From positions 36,766,001-36,830,000 of the forward strand of contig NC_045138.2 of the NCBI RefSeq assembly GCF_008831285.2: 64,000 nucleotides of DNA, in the 5' to 3' direction. A program made the translations under genes and the position numbers. The stretch is from Nymphaea colorata (taxonomy: Eukaryota). How positions within the stretch are numbered: position 1 is the first letter of the stretch; each line of letters begins with the position of its first letter. The notes beneath the pieces are model-generated. The model made no database searches. It worked only from the letters and a program-made list of their open reading frames with translations, and was not told the origin of the DNA. Shown here one piece after another: positions 13,830-26,541 of this stretch.

Positions 13830-14090
13830 CTACCTGTTATGCAAAGGATTAGAACCAGTGGGCGTCCTCCTTTTATCACCAACAAGAAGCCCATCTCCAC
13901 CATCTCCTCTGTCAGAGCCGTCTCCACTCACAGCAGAAGCTGGACCGAAGTATGAAAAGGACCCAACTTTGAATCTTGTGAAGCTGGAACCAGAAGCCAT
14001 GGAGTTGGAAGCCAGAGCGAGAAACGGACGCCCTGTCGATGATAGAACCAGGAAGAAAAGGCAACAAGCAAGTGGATATCTCAAGCCCAT
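13830..14090 (-). CDS. CLE: CLAVATA3/ESR-related (CLE) peptide precursor, 86 aa
   Basis: Single exon. MGLRYPLACCLFFLVLSSTGRPFLALA is a hydrophobic signal peptide, followed by a variable region and the C-terminal DKRRTPTGSNPLHNR*, matching the RxxxTGxNPLHN CLE box (CLE16/17/19-22-like group). The exact ortholog is not assigned. Confidence 0.92.
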   Translation of the reverse strand: MGLRYPLACCLFFLVLSSTGRPFLALASNSMASGSSFTRFKVGSFSYFGPASAVSGDGSDRGDGGDGLLVGDKRRTPTGSNPLHNR

Positions 14091-14764
14091 GCTTTCCTCT
14101 CTGGGCTGGAAATTGAAAAACATGAAAAAGGATCTTGTCCTGCTCACAAACCCCCAAAAACAGAAAGGAGCGAAGAAGCTTTGTAACGCCTAAGAGAAGG
14201 CTCCTTGTGCTTTTCTTGGAGCCCCTACTAAAACCAGAGGAAAGACTGCAATTTTGAACTCAGATCCCCATGAGAAGAAGTTGGTCTGTTTGCTTTCAAT
14301 GGCTTTTAAATCTGTAAGGAACAAGACCGCCTGGGATTCTGGAACTTGTTCGGTCAATGGCTCTAAGGCACATGCAGTGGCGATAGAGAGAGTGAAATTC
14401 AATTTGCTGCAGCTGCTTTTGGAACCTTCTGAACCAGCGCCCATTTGACTTTTATCTGCAGATTCTACCACCACCTATGATGCCATGAGAAGAAAAAGAA
14501 ACTCAGGATGAGGAAGATCGCTTTCTCTCTCTCTCTCTCCCGCTCCCTCTCTCTCTCCCCCTGCGGCGTTAATGGGTAGACAGATGGATCCCAAGGAAGA
14601 TAGTGGTCAATTTCAGACCCAGCTAAGCGGCAATCCTTTTATTGCCAAAACATATGGCATGTTAATATCGTTATTAGTGGCAAATTCACTTATAAATATT
14701 TTTTTTCCAAAGTCATGTCAATGCTGGAGGGAGAGAGATGTAAGATGTTCCTATTTCATAACTA

Positions 14765-14891
14765 CTAATTTGTTTATTCTTTTATTAGCAAGTTAGGTAC
14801 ATTTTTGCAAGATTATATCCCATATTTACTATAAAGTAACTAATAATTATTATTTTAGCAGAGTTAGGTAAATTTTTGCAAAGATTATATC
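14765..14891. repeat. Degenerate tandem duplication upstream of the CLE gene
   Basis: ttagca(g)agttaggta(c/a)atttttgca(a)agattatatc occurs twice, about 70 bp apart. Confidence 0.7.
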
Positions 14892-17378
14892 AAATTATTC
14901 CATACCATGCGTCGAAAGCTTAAAGGGCTGCTCATATTGACCACACAAATTATTACAGAATCAAACAAACGAAGGAAAACTGAGCAAGCTTACTATGTCG
15001 ATGAGTTTAAATCACAATAGTCAATATGAAGTAAAATGATTCATTAATTTGAGCCCCTAGGAGCAAACAGTGTCCGATAACAAGAATGCTGTGTTGTTAG
15101 GATCGTGTGTTTATGTGGTGGGAGAATGCCCATTCAGCCGCCTCATAACTGTTCTCTTGACCTTGGAAAACGATTTTTGATGATCTTCAACATTTCACAC
15201 ATATAACCAAACATGCTCTAAGAATTTCCTATAGTTTTAACTAGTTTCCCCTCAGAAAAAAATGCATAGTAGATGCCCTGGCTTACGAAGAAAAGTTCAC
15301 CTAACTTCAGATGGAGGGTGATGATATTCTGCCTTCTTTTCTCTTGTCTTCATGGTTCAGGGCTGCTTCGACTTCGACTTGTGTAAGAGATTGACGCCCA
15401 TGCGGATCGAACCAGTCTTCCGATCACTGCCCCATCTGCCTAAGGGAACAGTCATAATTATCCGCGTTTCTCGTTGCCACCAGTAATGTTATCAACGATG
15501 CAAAAGATTAATAATCTACTTCATCACATCATGATCGACACATTCACGGGTGTCTGTTTTGGAGAAAAATTTTGGCATCTTCTATAATCTGAAAGCTATT
15601 AGACCCCCATGCACATTGAAGTGCCATTCGTCTCCTTAATATGAAAGTAGTACATAATTGGCCAAGACAAAATACAGATGGAGACAGGACCGCCCATAAA
15701 CTAAAAATAAAAGAGGAGTCGTATCTGAAAAGTTAGCTTCTAACATCATTCTCACTACGAAACACATAAGAAAGCCGGAATCACATCATTCATATATATA
15801 TATATATATATGTCAGAGATAATATGATTCAGCAGTTGTTTTTGCTCCTGGGACTGGCCCACCCCAAAAGTAATTCTCAAAAGTTACTGCGAGAAATTAC
15901 CGGGCAAGGGCTTTGCTCACCTGACTGGAGATGGATCTGAAATTCCCAATCCATGACGTTCAAGTCGAAGTTGGTCAGGGCCGTGTTACCTAACCCTCCT
16001 GGATGCTGATAAGGGGCAAAAAATCTACTGCACCGAAATAAGATTTATGCTATGGTATGCGGTTGTTGATTTTGCATATAAAAAGTGAATAGTGCCCAAT
16101 TGACCCTTAATTTGTCATTAATTAATCACGGCTAGAGAAAGAAATAGACCACAAAAAAAGAGAGAGGAATGAAATAATTCCACCGTTCCATTAATAATTT
16201 GGAATGAGTATATATATAGTAGCAGGTTGGAACTTTGTGGCAGCGTGTCCATTTAAATAGATCAAAATAATACACACGCGCATATGTGTAGTTCTATTAA
16301 CTTGCAGTTGCAGATTATAAAACTGTGGAACTGGAATAACTTTTTCACCAAATCTACAGCGACGGGGAGATGCGTGCGATGAAGTTGCATTGCATGGTTT
16401 AAAAAAGTCCTTGTCTGGGCATCTTTGAAACAAGGGATTTAAGATCCAACTAACGTTTTCCCAAGCACCTTCACCTAACTTAGGAGGCACCCGAACACGC
16501 CTTTAAATACATGTAATGAAGGCAAAACAACAAGTGAACTATAAACAATGCCATGGAATTCTAATTTAATGGAAGCACCCAAGAAAAGCTCAGCATTTGT
16601 GTGCCATGGTAGCTAGTCTCCATTTTGGTGTTTGCTTCACCTGTATTTTAGATAAACATTAATAATATATTATTATTATTATTGGGAAAAAGAACTATAA
16701 TGGAGAAAAGGGTGGGCATGGGTTGAGACAGGCACGGCCAGGTGGTGGTAAAAGGTTTGGTAGCATTGATTCAGGTCCCCCCCCCACTTTAATTGTGATT
16801 GTGGAAGAATTGCCAGTGAACAATTTTGCTATGAAATGATTGCCTCTTTCGTTTATTTCCTTTCTTTTTTCTTAATGTATACCTCAAAGAAAGAAAGAAA
16901 ATGCTGTACAAAGCAGAGCATAGGCTGTTCCCTGACTCGTACACGCTATATAGGCGGACCAACTTCTTCAAGACCCATCTCATTTTGGTACCCTTTATTT
17001 CTTGCATCTTTTATCATACCTATATATATATATATATATATTATATAATGACTACAGAAAGACACCTAACCATACATGCGTGTTTCTCTTTTAACTTCAT
17101 TGTATAACTAAAGGCAATTAAATAGGACATGAGAAAGTTCGACGGTACAACATCCTTTCATACTCTGAAATCCGGTGAAAAAGGTCGATATTGGAGAAGG
17201 GTCTGACTCAGTAATTTAAAACTCGGTGAAATGACATCCTAGTGAAAGGATGCCGACCTGATCGATCTTCCAACGCCGATAAAGAGTCGAGAAAAGAATT
17301 TGGTGCGTTAGAAAATCCACCAATCTCAATATGTTACGCAGTTAAGCATACATCTCTCTCTCTCTCTCTCACCACACG

Positions 17379-17412
<34 letters not shown>

Positions 17413-17858
17413 TGTACCAGATACTTAAGGTTAAACAGATAGGAAACACTCTTAGCCTTGAAGCTTTTTTATATGGATGGTTAATAACAAAGTAATAACA
17501 AAAAAGTGTGAATTAATATTAAATAATAAAAATAGCCCATCACATATTTCTCTTTAGTTTTCACTCAACCACAGATTTGTAAAAGATCACTGGTTGAGAT
17601 TCTTTATTATCTATCTAACATATATGTATCTAGCACCTACCAGTATATATATGTATATAGAGCACGTTAAACGATAAGAAACAATCTTAGCCCAGGCTAA
17701 TGATTGGAAGAAAACATGACATTTTCATCATTTACTATTAGTTCATACATTTTTCTTGTTTTTTTCTCAACAATTGATTTAAAAAAAAAAAATCAAGAGC
17801 TGAAAGTGTTTCTTAACCATCTAATTACGTGTCTAAAGCCTACCATTCTTCTTCTTCT

Positions 17859-17859
<1 letters not shown>

Positions 17860-17908
<49 letters not shown>

Positions 17909-18034
17909 GTAGCACATGACCGATCACACCTTATCATATATATATATATATATATAGTAGCACATGACCGATCACACCTTATCATATATATATATATATA
18001 TATATAGTAGCACATGACCGATCACACCTTATCA
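17860..18034. repeat. Compound minisatellite: three 28-bp units separated by (TA)n, preceded by (CT)n(AT)n
   Basis: gtagcacatgaccgatcacaccttatca starts at 17909, 17957 and 18007 (periods 48 and 50). Confidence 0.95.
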
Positions 18035-18769
18035 AAAGCACTTTGAAAAATGATTTTGAGTTAAATTTAGTTGCTGGCTACTAGAACGCCTTGATGGAAG
18101 CGTTTTATCAGAGTGATCAGAGACAAGGAACGCGTAGTATGTATGGCGCACCGACACGGTGATCAGCTAAATGCTGCAGCTTCTTGATTCATGGTAGGTG
18201 AATGTTAGGTCCATTTCAAGTTCAAATGCAGCCACCAGTGACGCGTTTTCCTGCTTCCACAAGCCAAGGTTGTGCAATTTGACATACATTAAGGACTAGA
18301 GGGAGGGTTGTACCAACTAAGGAGGTTCTGCATTTGAGACAACTTTCGGGCCCCTGTCAGCCTGCAGCATGCCTGCTCGAGACGCCATGAAAGAAGACAA
18401 AAGAGCTTGGAGTTTGAATTCCTCTCTCACAGACGAACAAAATCAAGTGGGCCGTGAAAACGATCGGTGCCCAACTTCTCATTTTCGGTGCCAAGGTGGC
18501 CGTTGAGGCTTATCTGCAACGGGTGATTAAGATATACACATATACATGTGCGGATCTGATCCACTGCTACTCTGTCATAATTTTCTACTAAATCTCAGAG
18601 TTTGTGGCGTAATTGCGTGGGGGAATGAGACCAACAAGTACTCTGCAACAAGACTTCCTCACATGGTGCTTTCAAAAGTTATATTCAAACATTTTCTGAA
18701 GAGAGAAATAATCTGTTGACGACTTAGATGTTAACAAAGCATTAAGCAATTAAAAAGGGCAAGGACAGC

Positions 18770-18776
18770 AAAAAAA
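18770..18776 (-). terminator. Pol III oligo-T terminator of tRNA-Glu
   Basis: A T7 run on the minus strand, 6 nt after the discriminator base. Confidence 0.85.
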
Positions 18777-18782
18777 CGGAAG

Positions 18783-18856
18783 TTCCGTTGCCGGGATTTG
18801 AACCCGGGTCGCCTGGGTGAAAGCCAGATATCCTAACCGGACTAGACGACAACGGA
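18783..18856 (-). tRNA. trnE-TTC: tRNA-Glu (anticodon TTC)
   Basis: Minus strand reads TCCGTTG TC GTCTAGTCCGGTTAGGAT A TCTGG CTTTCAC CCAGG CGAC CCGGG TTCAAAT CCCGG CAACGGA A. This gives a full cloverleaf with A and B boxes, of cytosolic plant tRNA-Glu type. Confidence 0.96.
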
Positions 18857-21610
18857 TTGATGCGTGAGCTTTGAAAAAAATGCAAATATCACATGCCCAC
18901 TTATTTTACGCATACCCTCATGCTAATAACTAATGCATGAAAGATTGCACTTATGGTTTCTACCGATTTGGTTGGATAAAATTTTATCCAGCCAAGAAGC
19001 ATATTAAATCTTTAGCAATTAACTAATTTCGCTGGCATGATCAGATTTACCATTAGAAATCTCTCTTTTTTTCTCTCTCTCTCTCCCTCTCATGTGTGTG
19101 TGTGTAGGCGCGCGTGTGCAAGAGCTCGCACGCGTGCATGTGTTGCAGGCCTGCAGGCTTGGTATGGTGGGGGATGGAGGAGGCAAGTGTGGGGCTCATG
19201 CATGCAGTTTTAATGCAAAAGCAAAGGCCTTTCTGCAGGGGCTGGCTGTGGTTTTCCCCCGCTTCATCTCTAATTTCCTCGTTTTCACCTACAAGGCATC
19301 GAGAGAAGTTTGAAGATATCAATCTCTCTCCATCAACACTTCATTGACCCAAGTGACAGTGATGAGCTCCACTTTACCCATTGCGCAGGCATTTTGAATG
19401 GACGGCGTTCTTTCCACGGTGTTTTCATCTTCTTCTTTTTCTTTCTGTTTTTTTTATCCCTAATAACAACAAAGTGATGCATTATAAAGTTGCATCAATC
19501 TGTCTCTTGTCACAATGTTCCAAGATAGAAACCCAAAAGCAAGAATTTAACTGATCTGAATACACCACCCATCTTCTCTTTTTTCCAGATAACTGTTTAC
19601 ATCACATGCCATTATGCCATGTTCTTTTTTTTTTGGGATAAATTAAACAACAGAGCTTAGTCCTCTGTTCTATAAAGCATTCATTCTCGACTAAGTGATA
19701 GCATTTCTAAGAACTCTAACTGCGTGAGTTGATTTGGCATCTCTGTAGAGGAGATAAGTTCTGATTTACATATCAAAACTTCGGAAGGTGGTGCAATGGA
19801 AATTGATACATAAAGGCTTTCAGAGCAAAAGAGGCATCATAAAAATCTTTTCTTCGTTGTTACTTGTTCATCTTACAGAGGGAGAGAGAGCTGAGAGAGA
19901 GGTAAACCATGAACATGATAAAGGTGGTAGCTTGGCAGGGGTGCCTGATCGGATGTGCACGCCCTCCTTCCATGCGTTGAAACTTTTCCTGCTCTCTAGA
20001 GAGAGAAAATAGCATTTACTACATTCAATTTCATTATAGCATGCCATCTCTGCAATCCCTGGCGATCGTTTCGTGGGCATCACATGAAGCAAAAAAATGA
20101 AAAAGAAAAAAGAAAAATAAACCATGCATGTCCAAAAGTCTCTTTTTTTACTGCGTTTCTGGAAGACTTGCAAGTCTTCGAGCCATGAGTGCGTTTCTCC
20201 AATGCTCGAGCAATCGTGAAAAACTCAGCTGCTTGGTGGTAGATCACAGGTTTTGAGTACATGCTGAAGCAAGTACTGTCTTCAAAAACTATTGATGAAG
20301 CAGGGGCGACCTTCGAGAGCATTTGCGCTCTTATCAGGCTTGCAGATGCGTTCAAGTTTGCGTACAAATCAAGCAACGCGTTGCCCTGGCTAGTTTGTGC
20401 TTTACATTACCAAGCTACAGCTCCTGATGACTTGATACGCACTACAAATAAAAAAACTTTTAAGTCAGAAATATATATGCATTTAGTCTTTGAGGTTTTG
20501 AATGATACGACCAGATTAGCAGCTGTTAGAATCTAACACATATATATAGAAAGCTGTCCATTCATTTCAAAGCATGCACTTACCTAACAAGATTTACACA
20601 TAGAACCATGTGATATATGCTAATTTCTAGCTTTCTTAATACAAGAACCACGTCCACATAATTTATTTTGTGAGACAACTCAAGAATTTCTGAGTCAGGC
20701 TGTCCAATGATGCTACGCGTCTTTCTGATCTCCATTTAAGAGTCGGGCATGCCACTATAGCTCTGACTATGGAGCTTCCAAACCAGCGCAAAGAGAGATT
20801 GGCTTGCACAAGAAGTGAAATCATGAGATTTGAATGAGACTGCCAGTGAATTAGAAATCTAATGTTAATTTTTGCTAAATTATTCTTCATATATTTTTCC
20901 ATTATTTCAAGGAATTCAACACCCTAGCTGATCCAACTCAAAATCTGAATTTTATAGCACTGGTGACTTTGCCATGTTATTTTCCTCAACCATCGTTGTG
21001 TTATTGCGTTTCTTCATCACAAGCAAAGAAAGTTCGAGAGCTACACGAACCCAAAAAAGTTGTTGCAGCATCTGATATTTCAAAAGTGCATGCTTCTTGA
21101 AGGGTGACCACAGGAATCACTATTTTGGTTATTGTACCTGTAATTTCTTGGCATGATAACTTGATAAGGAGAACAATTGGGCAAATTTTCAAGACGAAGA
21201 AGCTGCAAACTTGATCTCCACATCGCTACTACCCATGTCTTCGGAGTCTAACATTTGTTCGATATCCACGACATGAACTCAGATTGTTTATTTTAATAGC
21301 CAAATCCCAATTCACTGGACCAATTTCAGTGGTGGAAGTGGGACTGCTTCTGCATTGAGGCACAAGCAAAATTATTTGACTCGGAATCAGGTTTAGATCG
21401 ACTAACTTCAAATCATTTGTCTCATTAAGGGTGTCTAATTTTTTGGATTCTTATATCATTGATCAACTTAAATCTCAAAACAGGCCAAACCTTTGATGTA
21501 TAAGAATACGACTTTGAAGGTTTTATGTCAAAGGCAATTTCTCCTAAGTAAACATTAATTGGTTAGATTTTTAACTGAACTCCAGTAGAGTTGCACCTGA
21601 TTCTGAACCA

Positions 21611-21795
21611 AACGCCATGTACAAGGTTCAGTAAAAATTGTAAAATCCACGTCTGGTTGAATACCTTCTTAAAAAAAAATATTTGATTTCACAAACATCC
21701 GAACAAAACACCATATACAGGATTCACTAAAAATTGTAAATAGCACATCTGATTGAATGCCTTCTTAAACAAAAATATTTGATTTCACAAACATT
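21611..21795. repeat. About 96-bp diverged tandem duplication in the CPN10 upstream region
   Basis: taaaaattgtaaa...ttgaat.ccttcttaaa.aaaaatatttgatttcacaaacat occurs twice; atttgatttc lies at 21681 and 21777. Confidence 0.85.
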
Positions 21796-21819
21796 GGAAC
21801 CCTGTTGAACTCAGTTCTG

Positions 21820-21996
21820 ACATGGGCTTTCATAGACCAAATTAAAATTGGATCCAGTACTGGTTCGATGTAACGGTCCCTACCCGAACACTTGAAAGGA
21901 ACCTGCGAACCCTAGTTTCCCAGTGATGAACGTGCCCACAAGCTAAACCCCAGTTGTGTAGTGTCAGCACGTGGTAAGGCACGCTAAAACCCTACC
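21820..21996 (+). promoter_or_regulatory. CPN10 proximal promoter motifs: site II-like TGGGCT, G-box, telo-box
   Basis: TGGGCT at about 21822, CACGTG at 21968-21973 and AAACCCTA at about 21987-21994, all within about 270 bp of the ATG. Function is inferred from motif matches only. Confidence 0.45.
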
Positions 21997-22087
21997 TGTG
22001 GCCTGAAGTCGACTGTGAACCATAAAACCTCGTTCTCTCTCCGCAACTTCTGCACACGCACGACGCCTGACCGGAGAGGAAAGAGCA

Positions 22088-25000
22088 ATGGCGAAGCGTC
22101 TCATTCCAAACCTGAACAGGGTTCTGGTGGAAAAGATTCTGCCTCCCTCCAAAACCAACGCCGGCATTCTGCTCCCAGAGAAGACCACCAGAGTAAAGAG
22201 CCTCAATCCGTCTCCTTCGTCGTTTCTGCTTTGTTGGTGTTGCTTGTTTCTCTTGGAAGTGACTCTCTGATCTTGGTTATTTTGATCGTTGTCCATGTTT
22301 CTTTTGCCCACTTGATGGTAGCGGCGATTCTTTCATGTTCAGCCATCTCTCTCTTCTTTGTTTACTCTCTCTTGATTCAAATTCTCTTGTCTCTCGCTCT
22401 CTAACTAATTAGATTTATCCCGTTATGGTCGACCTACTTCCCCTTCCCGGAGAGTTGTTTCCTTTGGCAATTGGAGTAGAAACTTTTTTGCGCAGTTTCA
22501 TATGGCTACTATTCTTGAGCTATTGCAATGGTTCTCTACTTGTTATCAGTTTCCAATCTCTTTTATGGCTTCTGTAGACTATGCTTTCAGGATACAAAAA
22601 TGGTGATCTTTTTTGCGTATTTGGTATGTTTGTTCGTTGGTAAATCCTGAACTTCTATGTTTGGTGTTTTCAGGGGATTTAGCGTCCTCACGGAAGGACG
22701 GTTTCTTATGTTGCGGCTGTGAATTTTCTGGTTGCATTTATTTTTGCCTTTTTCTATAGTTCGGAAAATGTTATGTCATGATTGATTTTCTTCCTATTTG
22801 ATTGATTTAGTTGAACTCGGGGAGAGTGGTCGCTGTTGGTCCAGGTGCTCGTGATAGAGACGGCAATGTTATTCCTGTTTCTGTGAAGGACGGGGACACT
22901 GTGTTGTTGCCTGAATACGGGGGGACTGAAGTAAAGCTCGGCGATAAAGAGTAAGCCCTTTCAGCGGTTCTCCTTACTGCATCTTATTTCAGTTCTTTCA
23001 TGGTTTTTTTTTTGGGTATTCTCCATGCTTTTGTTGCTTCCGAAGATTAAGCGATTTAAATAATTTAAAAGCTGAAAGATACTTGTTGCTTATTTTGAGT
23101 CTTTGACCACCTTCTCTACTTTCCTGCCCGTGAGTTGCTTAAACGTTAGAACTGTTTGGTTCATTTCATGCTTTGATTTGTCCAAGAGAAAAATTGCTGG
23201 CAGAAATCTGTGCATATATAGGAGGTTATAGATAACCTTTATAAATATTAATGTTCTCATCATCGTTGATAATACAGACACCACTTGCAAGTTTCCGATT
23301 GGATTGCCAGCCATCAGTAACTTCGTCCATATATCTTTTTAAAATCTCAGGATTTCCATGCTTTGTTTTTGTTCATTTTAGTCCTTCGTCGTATTTGATG
23401 TAGGTCATACTTTCTATTCTAGGTCTTGGCAGGGGATCTATTTCCCTTTAGTGTGATATAGGTTATGGAGATACTGAACTAGACAAATTTAAACCTACTA
23501 GAGAAATTTGGAATATGAAACTGTTGCTAACTCACCATTAGGCAGGTCTATGTGGGCTAAAGATTTTATTTTTAGAATCAGCTAAGTTGTGATTTTTGTT
23601 GATTTCTCACTAGTTTATCTAATCTGACATGTATGTTCCCCATGGAGGAACAAGTTGACATTCTCTTATTTGCCAAAAGCCTTGAAAAACCACTTTGTCT
23701 TCTTTTTTATCCATTTCATATTTTCTATTCTATTTCCCTTTAGTGTGATATAGGTTATGGAGATACCTGAACTAAACAAATTTAAACCTGCTAGAGAAAT
23801 TTGGACTATGAAACTGTTACTAACTCACCATTAGGCAGGTCTATGCGGGGTAAAACTTTTATTTTTAGAGTCAGCTAAGTTGTGATTTGTGTTGATTTTG
23901 GACTAGTTTATCTGATCTGGCAGGTATGTTCCCCATGGAGGAACAAGTTGACATTCTCTTATTTGCCAAAAGCCTTGAAAAACCACTTTGTCTTCTTTCT
24001 TTCCCATTTTTTGGATTCATCGAGTCAGCCGTTTCGTCTTTCGTCTTTGCTAGCCTAGTTTTGCTTTCTAGACAAGCATTACATGTTTGTTGATTCTGCT
24101 GAACAAGTCCAACCTATAACACATTTTTGCTTGGCGTTTCTTTTGAGTATGATTACTGAAGACCTATCTTTCATTTTTTGTACACAAAATTATGCACAAT
24201 GAAGATAAGAGGATACAAACATTACCTCAACCAATTAGTTGCCATCGTGATTTATAAGTACAATCTGGCGATAAATGGATTGGTTCACTTACAATTTGGA
24301 TGATTAGCTTACAAGGAACACAATATGGCGATAAATGGACTGGTTCACTTACAATTTGGATGATTAGCTTACAAGGAATTCTTTCTTAGACCAGTTTAAT
24401 CTTTTAGAAAAGTTAGCCTATAAGCTTCTTTTTTTCCTGTCCGCAGCCTCTATGCTCAGTTTTCATGCTGACGTCTATTAAATTATTAATACACCATCGT
24501 GGTCTACTCGGTCATTTGAACCACTATTTGTTGATTGAAACCAAATTCACTACCGGCCTTGATCTCATTGGGCTGCTAAAGGATACAAACATGCAGTTAT
24601 AAAATGATGTCGTTTCAAGAAGTTACAATACGTTTTTGGTGGTCTAAGAACTAAAAACTTGAGGTATATTTCCTGATCAGATGTAATATCTAATTTTCTT
24701 TTCATACTCTAGCTTTGGCATGAAGCTCTTATACTTTAGCCCCTATTGAAATGCTGATCTTGCGATGTGCTTCTAATCTGCAAACATTGATTTTTGGGCC
24801 TTGACTGTGCTATATGTAAATAATATCTCCAATGGATGTTATATATGTGAAAGACTACAGGCGGATTGATTGTGGAATCAACACGTCTGGTCTTTTCTCC
24901 CTTTGTAACTTCTATTGTTAGCTAAGAATCCATATCTTCACCGTGGGCCTTAGTCACTAGAAATATGTTAAGGGGTTACAAACTTATAGGTTCTGTATCT

Positions 25001-25309
25001 ATTAAATATCAGCTGAAAGCTAACCCACCTTGCAATGAATGTCGTCTTCCTGTTTAAGACACCATCTGTGACGAAACTTTTCTGAAAACTGAGCTTCCTG
25101 ATATCTCCTCTTACATCCTTAATTCACGGTGGTCTTGAAGCTTCTCCTTATCGTATTTCATAATGGGTATGCAATCCGTGTGGATCATTCTTATCCTAAA
25201 GCACAACATTAGTAATCAATCATGACTCTGATTATTTAAGTAAATATTCTCTTGTTGCAGGTATCATCTATTTAGGGATGAAGACATCTTGGGGACTCTG
25301 CATGATTGA
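22088..25309 (+). CDS. CPN10: 10 kDa chaperonin (mitochondrial Cpn10/Hsp10), 97 aa
   Basis: Exons 22088-22192, 22811-22950 and 25261-25309 (294 nt, GT-AG) give [97 protein letters not shown], a GroES-family protein. Confidence 0.97.
23438..24010. repeat. About 292-bp tandem duplication in CPN10 intron 2
   Basis: ctatttccc(c)tttagtgtgatataggttatggagatac...gccttgaaaaaccactttgtcttcttt starts at about 23438 and 23730, with scattered substitutions. Confidence 0.92.
24260..24378. repeat. 60-bp tandem duplication in CPN10 intron 2
   Basis: caat.tggcgataaatgga.tggttcacttacaatttggatgattagcttacaagga occurs twice with period 60. Confidence 0.92.
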
Positions 25310-26506
25310 TGTACAAGTCATCTTGATCAAGAGTTTAAGTAATACGCTTTCTTGCTCCGTCGAAACTCTTCTGATTTTGGTTTAGGCACTTGCCAATATG
25401 GTTAGCGTGCCAAACTGTAACTTGCACATTGCTGATGGAAGGACAACCCTGTACGATCAGCTTTCTTACCCCAGTTTTTCTATGAAATATACGTGAGCAA
25501 ACATTTTTTGTTATTGTAGTTCATACATTTTCTTGGTTTCTGAATTTCATAAAGTGGCCGGTGATCAGCCTTTTCTGGAAATTGGCAAACGGTGTCGCAA
25601 GCTTATCAAGGTAATGGTGGCTGTCAACGATGTGATCAATGTTGACAAGGCTGATGCAAGTTATTAATTTCTGTTTATTAAATCGATTTAAAAAAGACGA
25701 TACGGGCTGACATTTGGCTTTTTAAAATTGTATCAAAGTGCTTACTTCTCTCTTTTTGTATGGATTCAGTTTAAACTTTTTCTCAATTCGAGTAACACAT
25801 TATGTTTCTCAAGAGCTGCGAGATGGAATTGAGAATACAAAATGGCAGCTCGATAAAGCCTCATTACTGGGCATTCATAAACATGGGCACTCGTTTTTTT
25901 AAGAAAAGTAAGGGCGCTGGCCTATAATTGGGAATTCTGCTTTCTGGAAGAATGAAGCTCGTTGCAGCCTTTAAATTTCGTAAATAATTTTGATGTTCCT
26001 GCAGTTCAACGCGTGTCACCTGATTATCTTCGTCGCCCAGCATCTTCCTGATGTATTAGAGCCACATGGTTTTAGCTACCTTTCTTAAGTTTAATGCTTT
26101 CAAAATAAATTTCCACTTAACAAATTAAAAATACGCAATGTTGTTGCTATCTCATTTTAAAAGGGGCCGATATGGGTTGAAACGACTTGTTCAGGTTTAT
26201 CTATTTCATCGAGCACACCAACTTTCACTTTTCAAGTAATCAAAGACCAAGGACGAACTGCGTATGATGCACTAAAGTTGAATCTAGACCAGAACCTTGC
26301 GAATCTACAGGTAAAACTGCAGCAGGTTCGTATTCAACCAGTTCCTAATGTAAATATAGAACTGTAGAATGATCATATTCAGTTACTTCCAGATGCAAGT
26401 ACCCGGGACACGAGGGTGGAACGATACAGATTTTCAATTTTACTCAGGACACATAAGATTAAGAGCTTTAGATTATGGAAGTCATAACCGCACGCGGAGA
26501 GAGAGA

Positions 26507-26541
<35 letters not shown>

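Noticed and set aside
13822..14193. 123-aa plus-strand ORF
   Set aside because: Antisense shadow of the CLE gene.
17909..18034. CRISPR-like 28-bp repeats with spacers
   Set aside because: The spacers are (TA)n, the context is a eukaryotic nuclear genome, and there are no cas genes.
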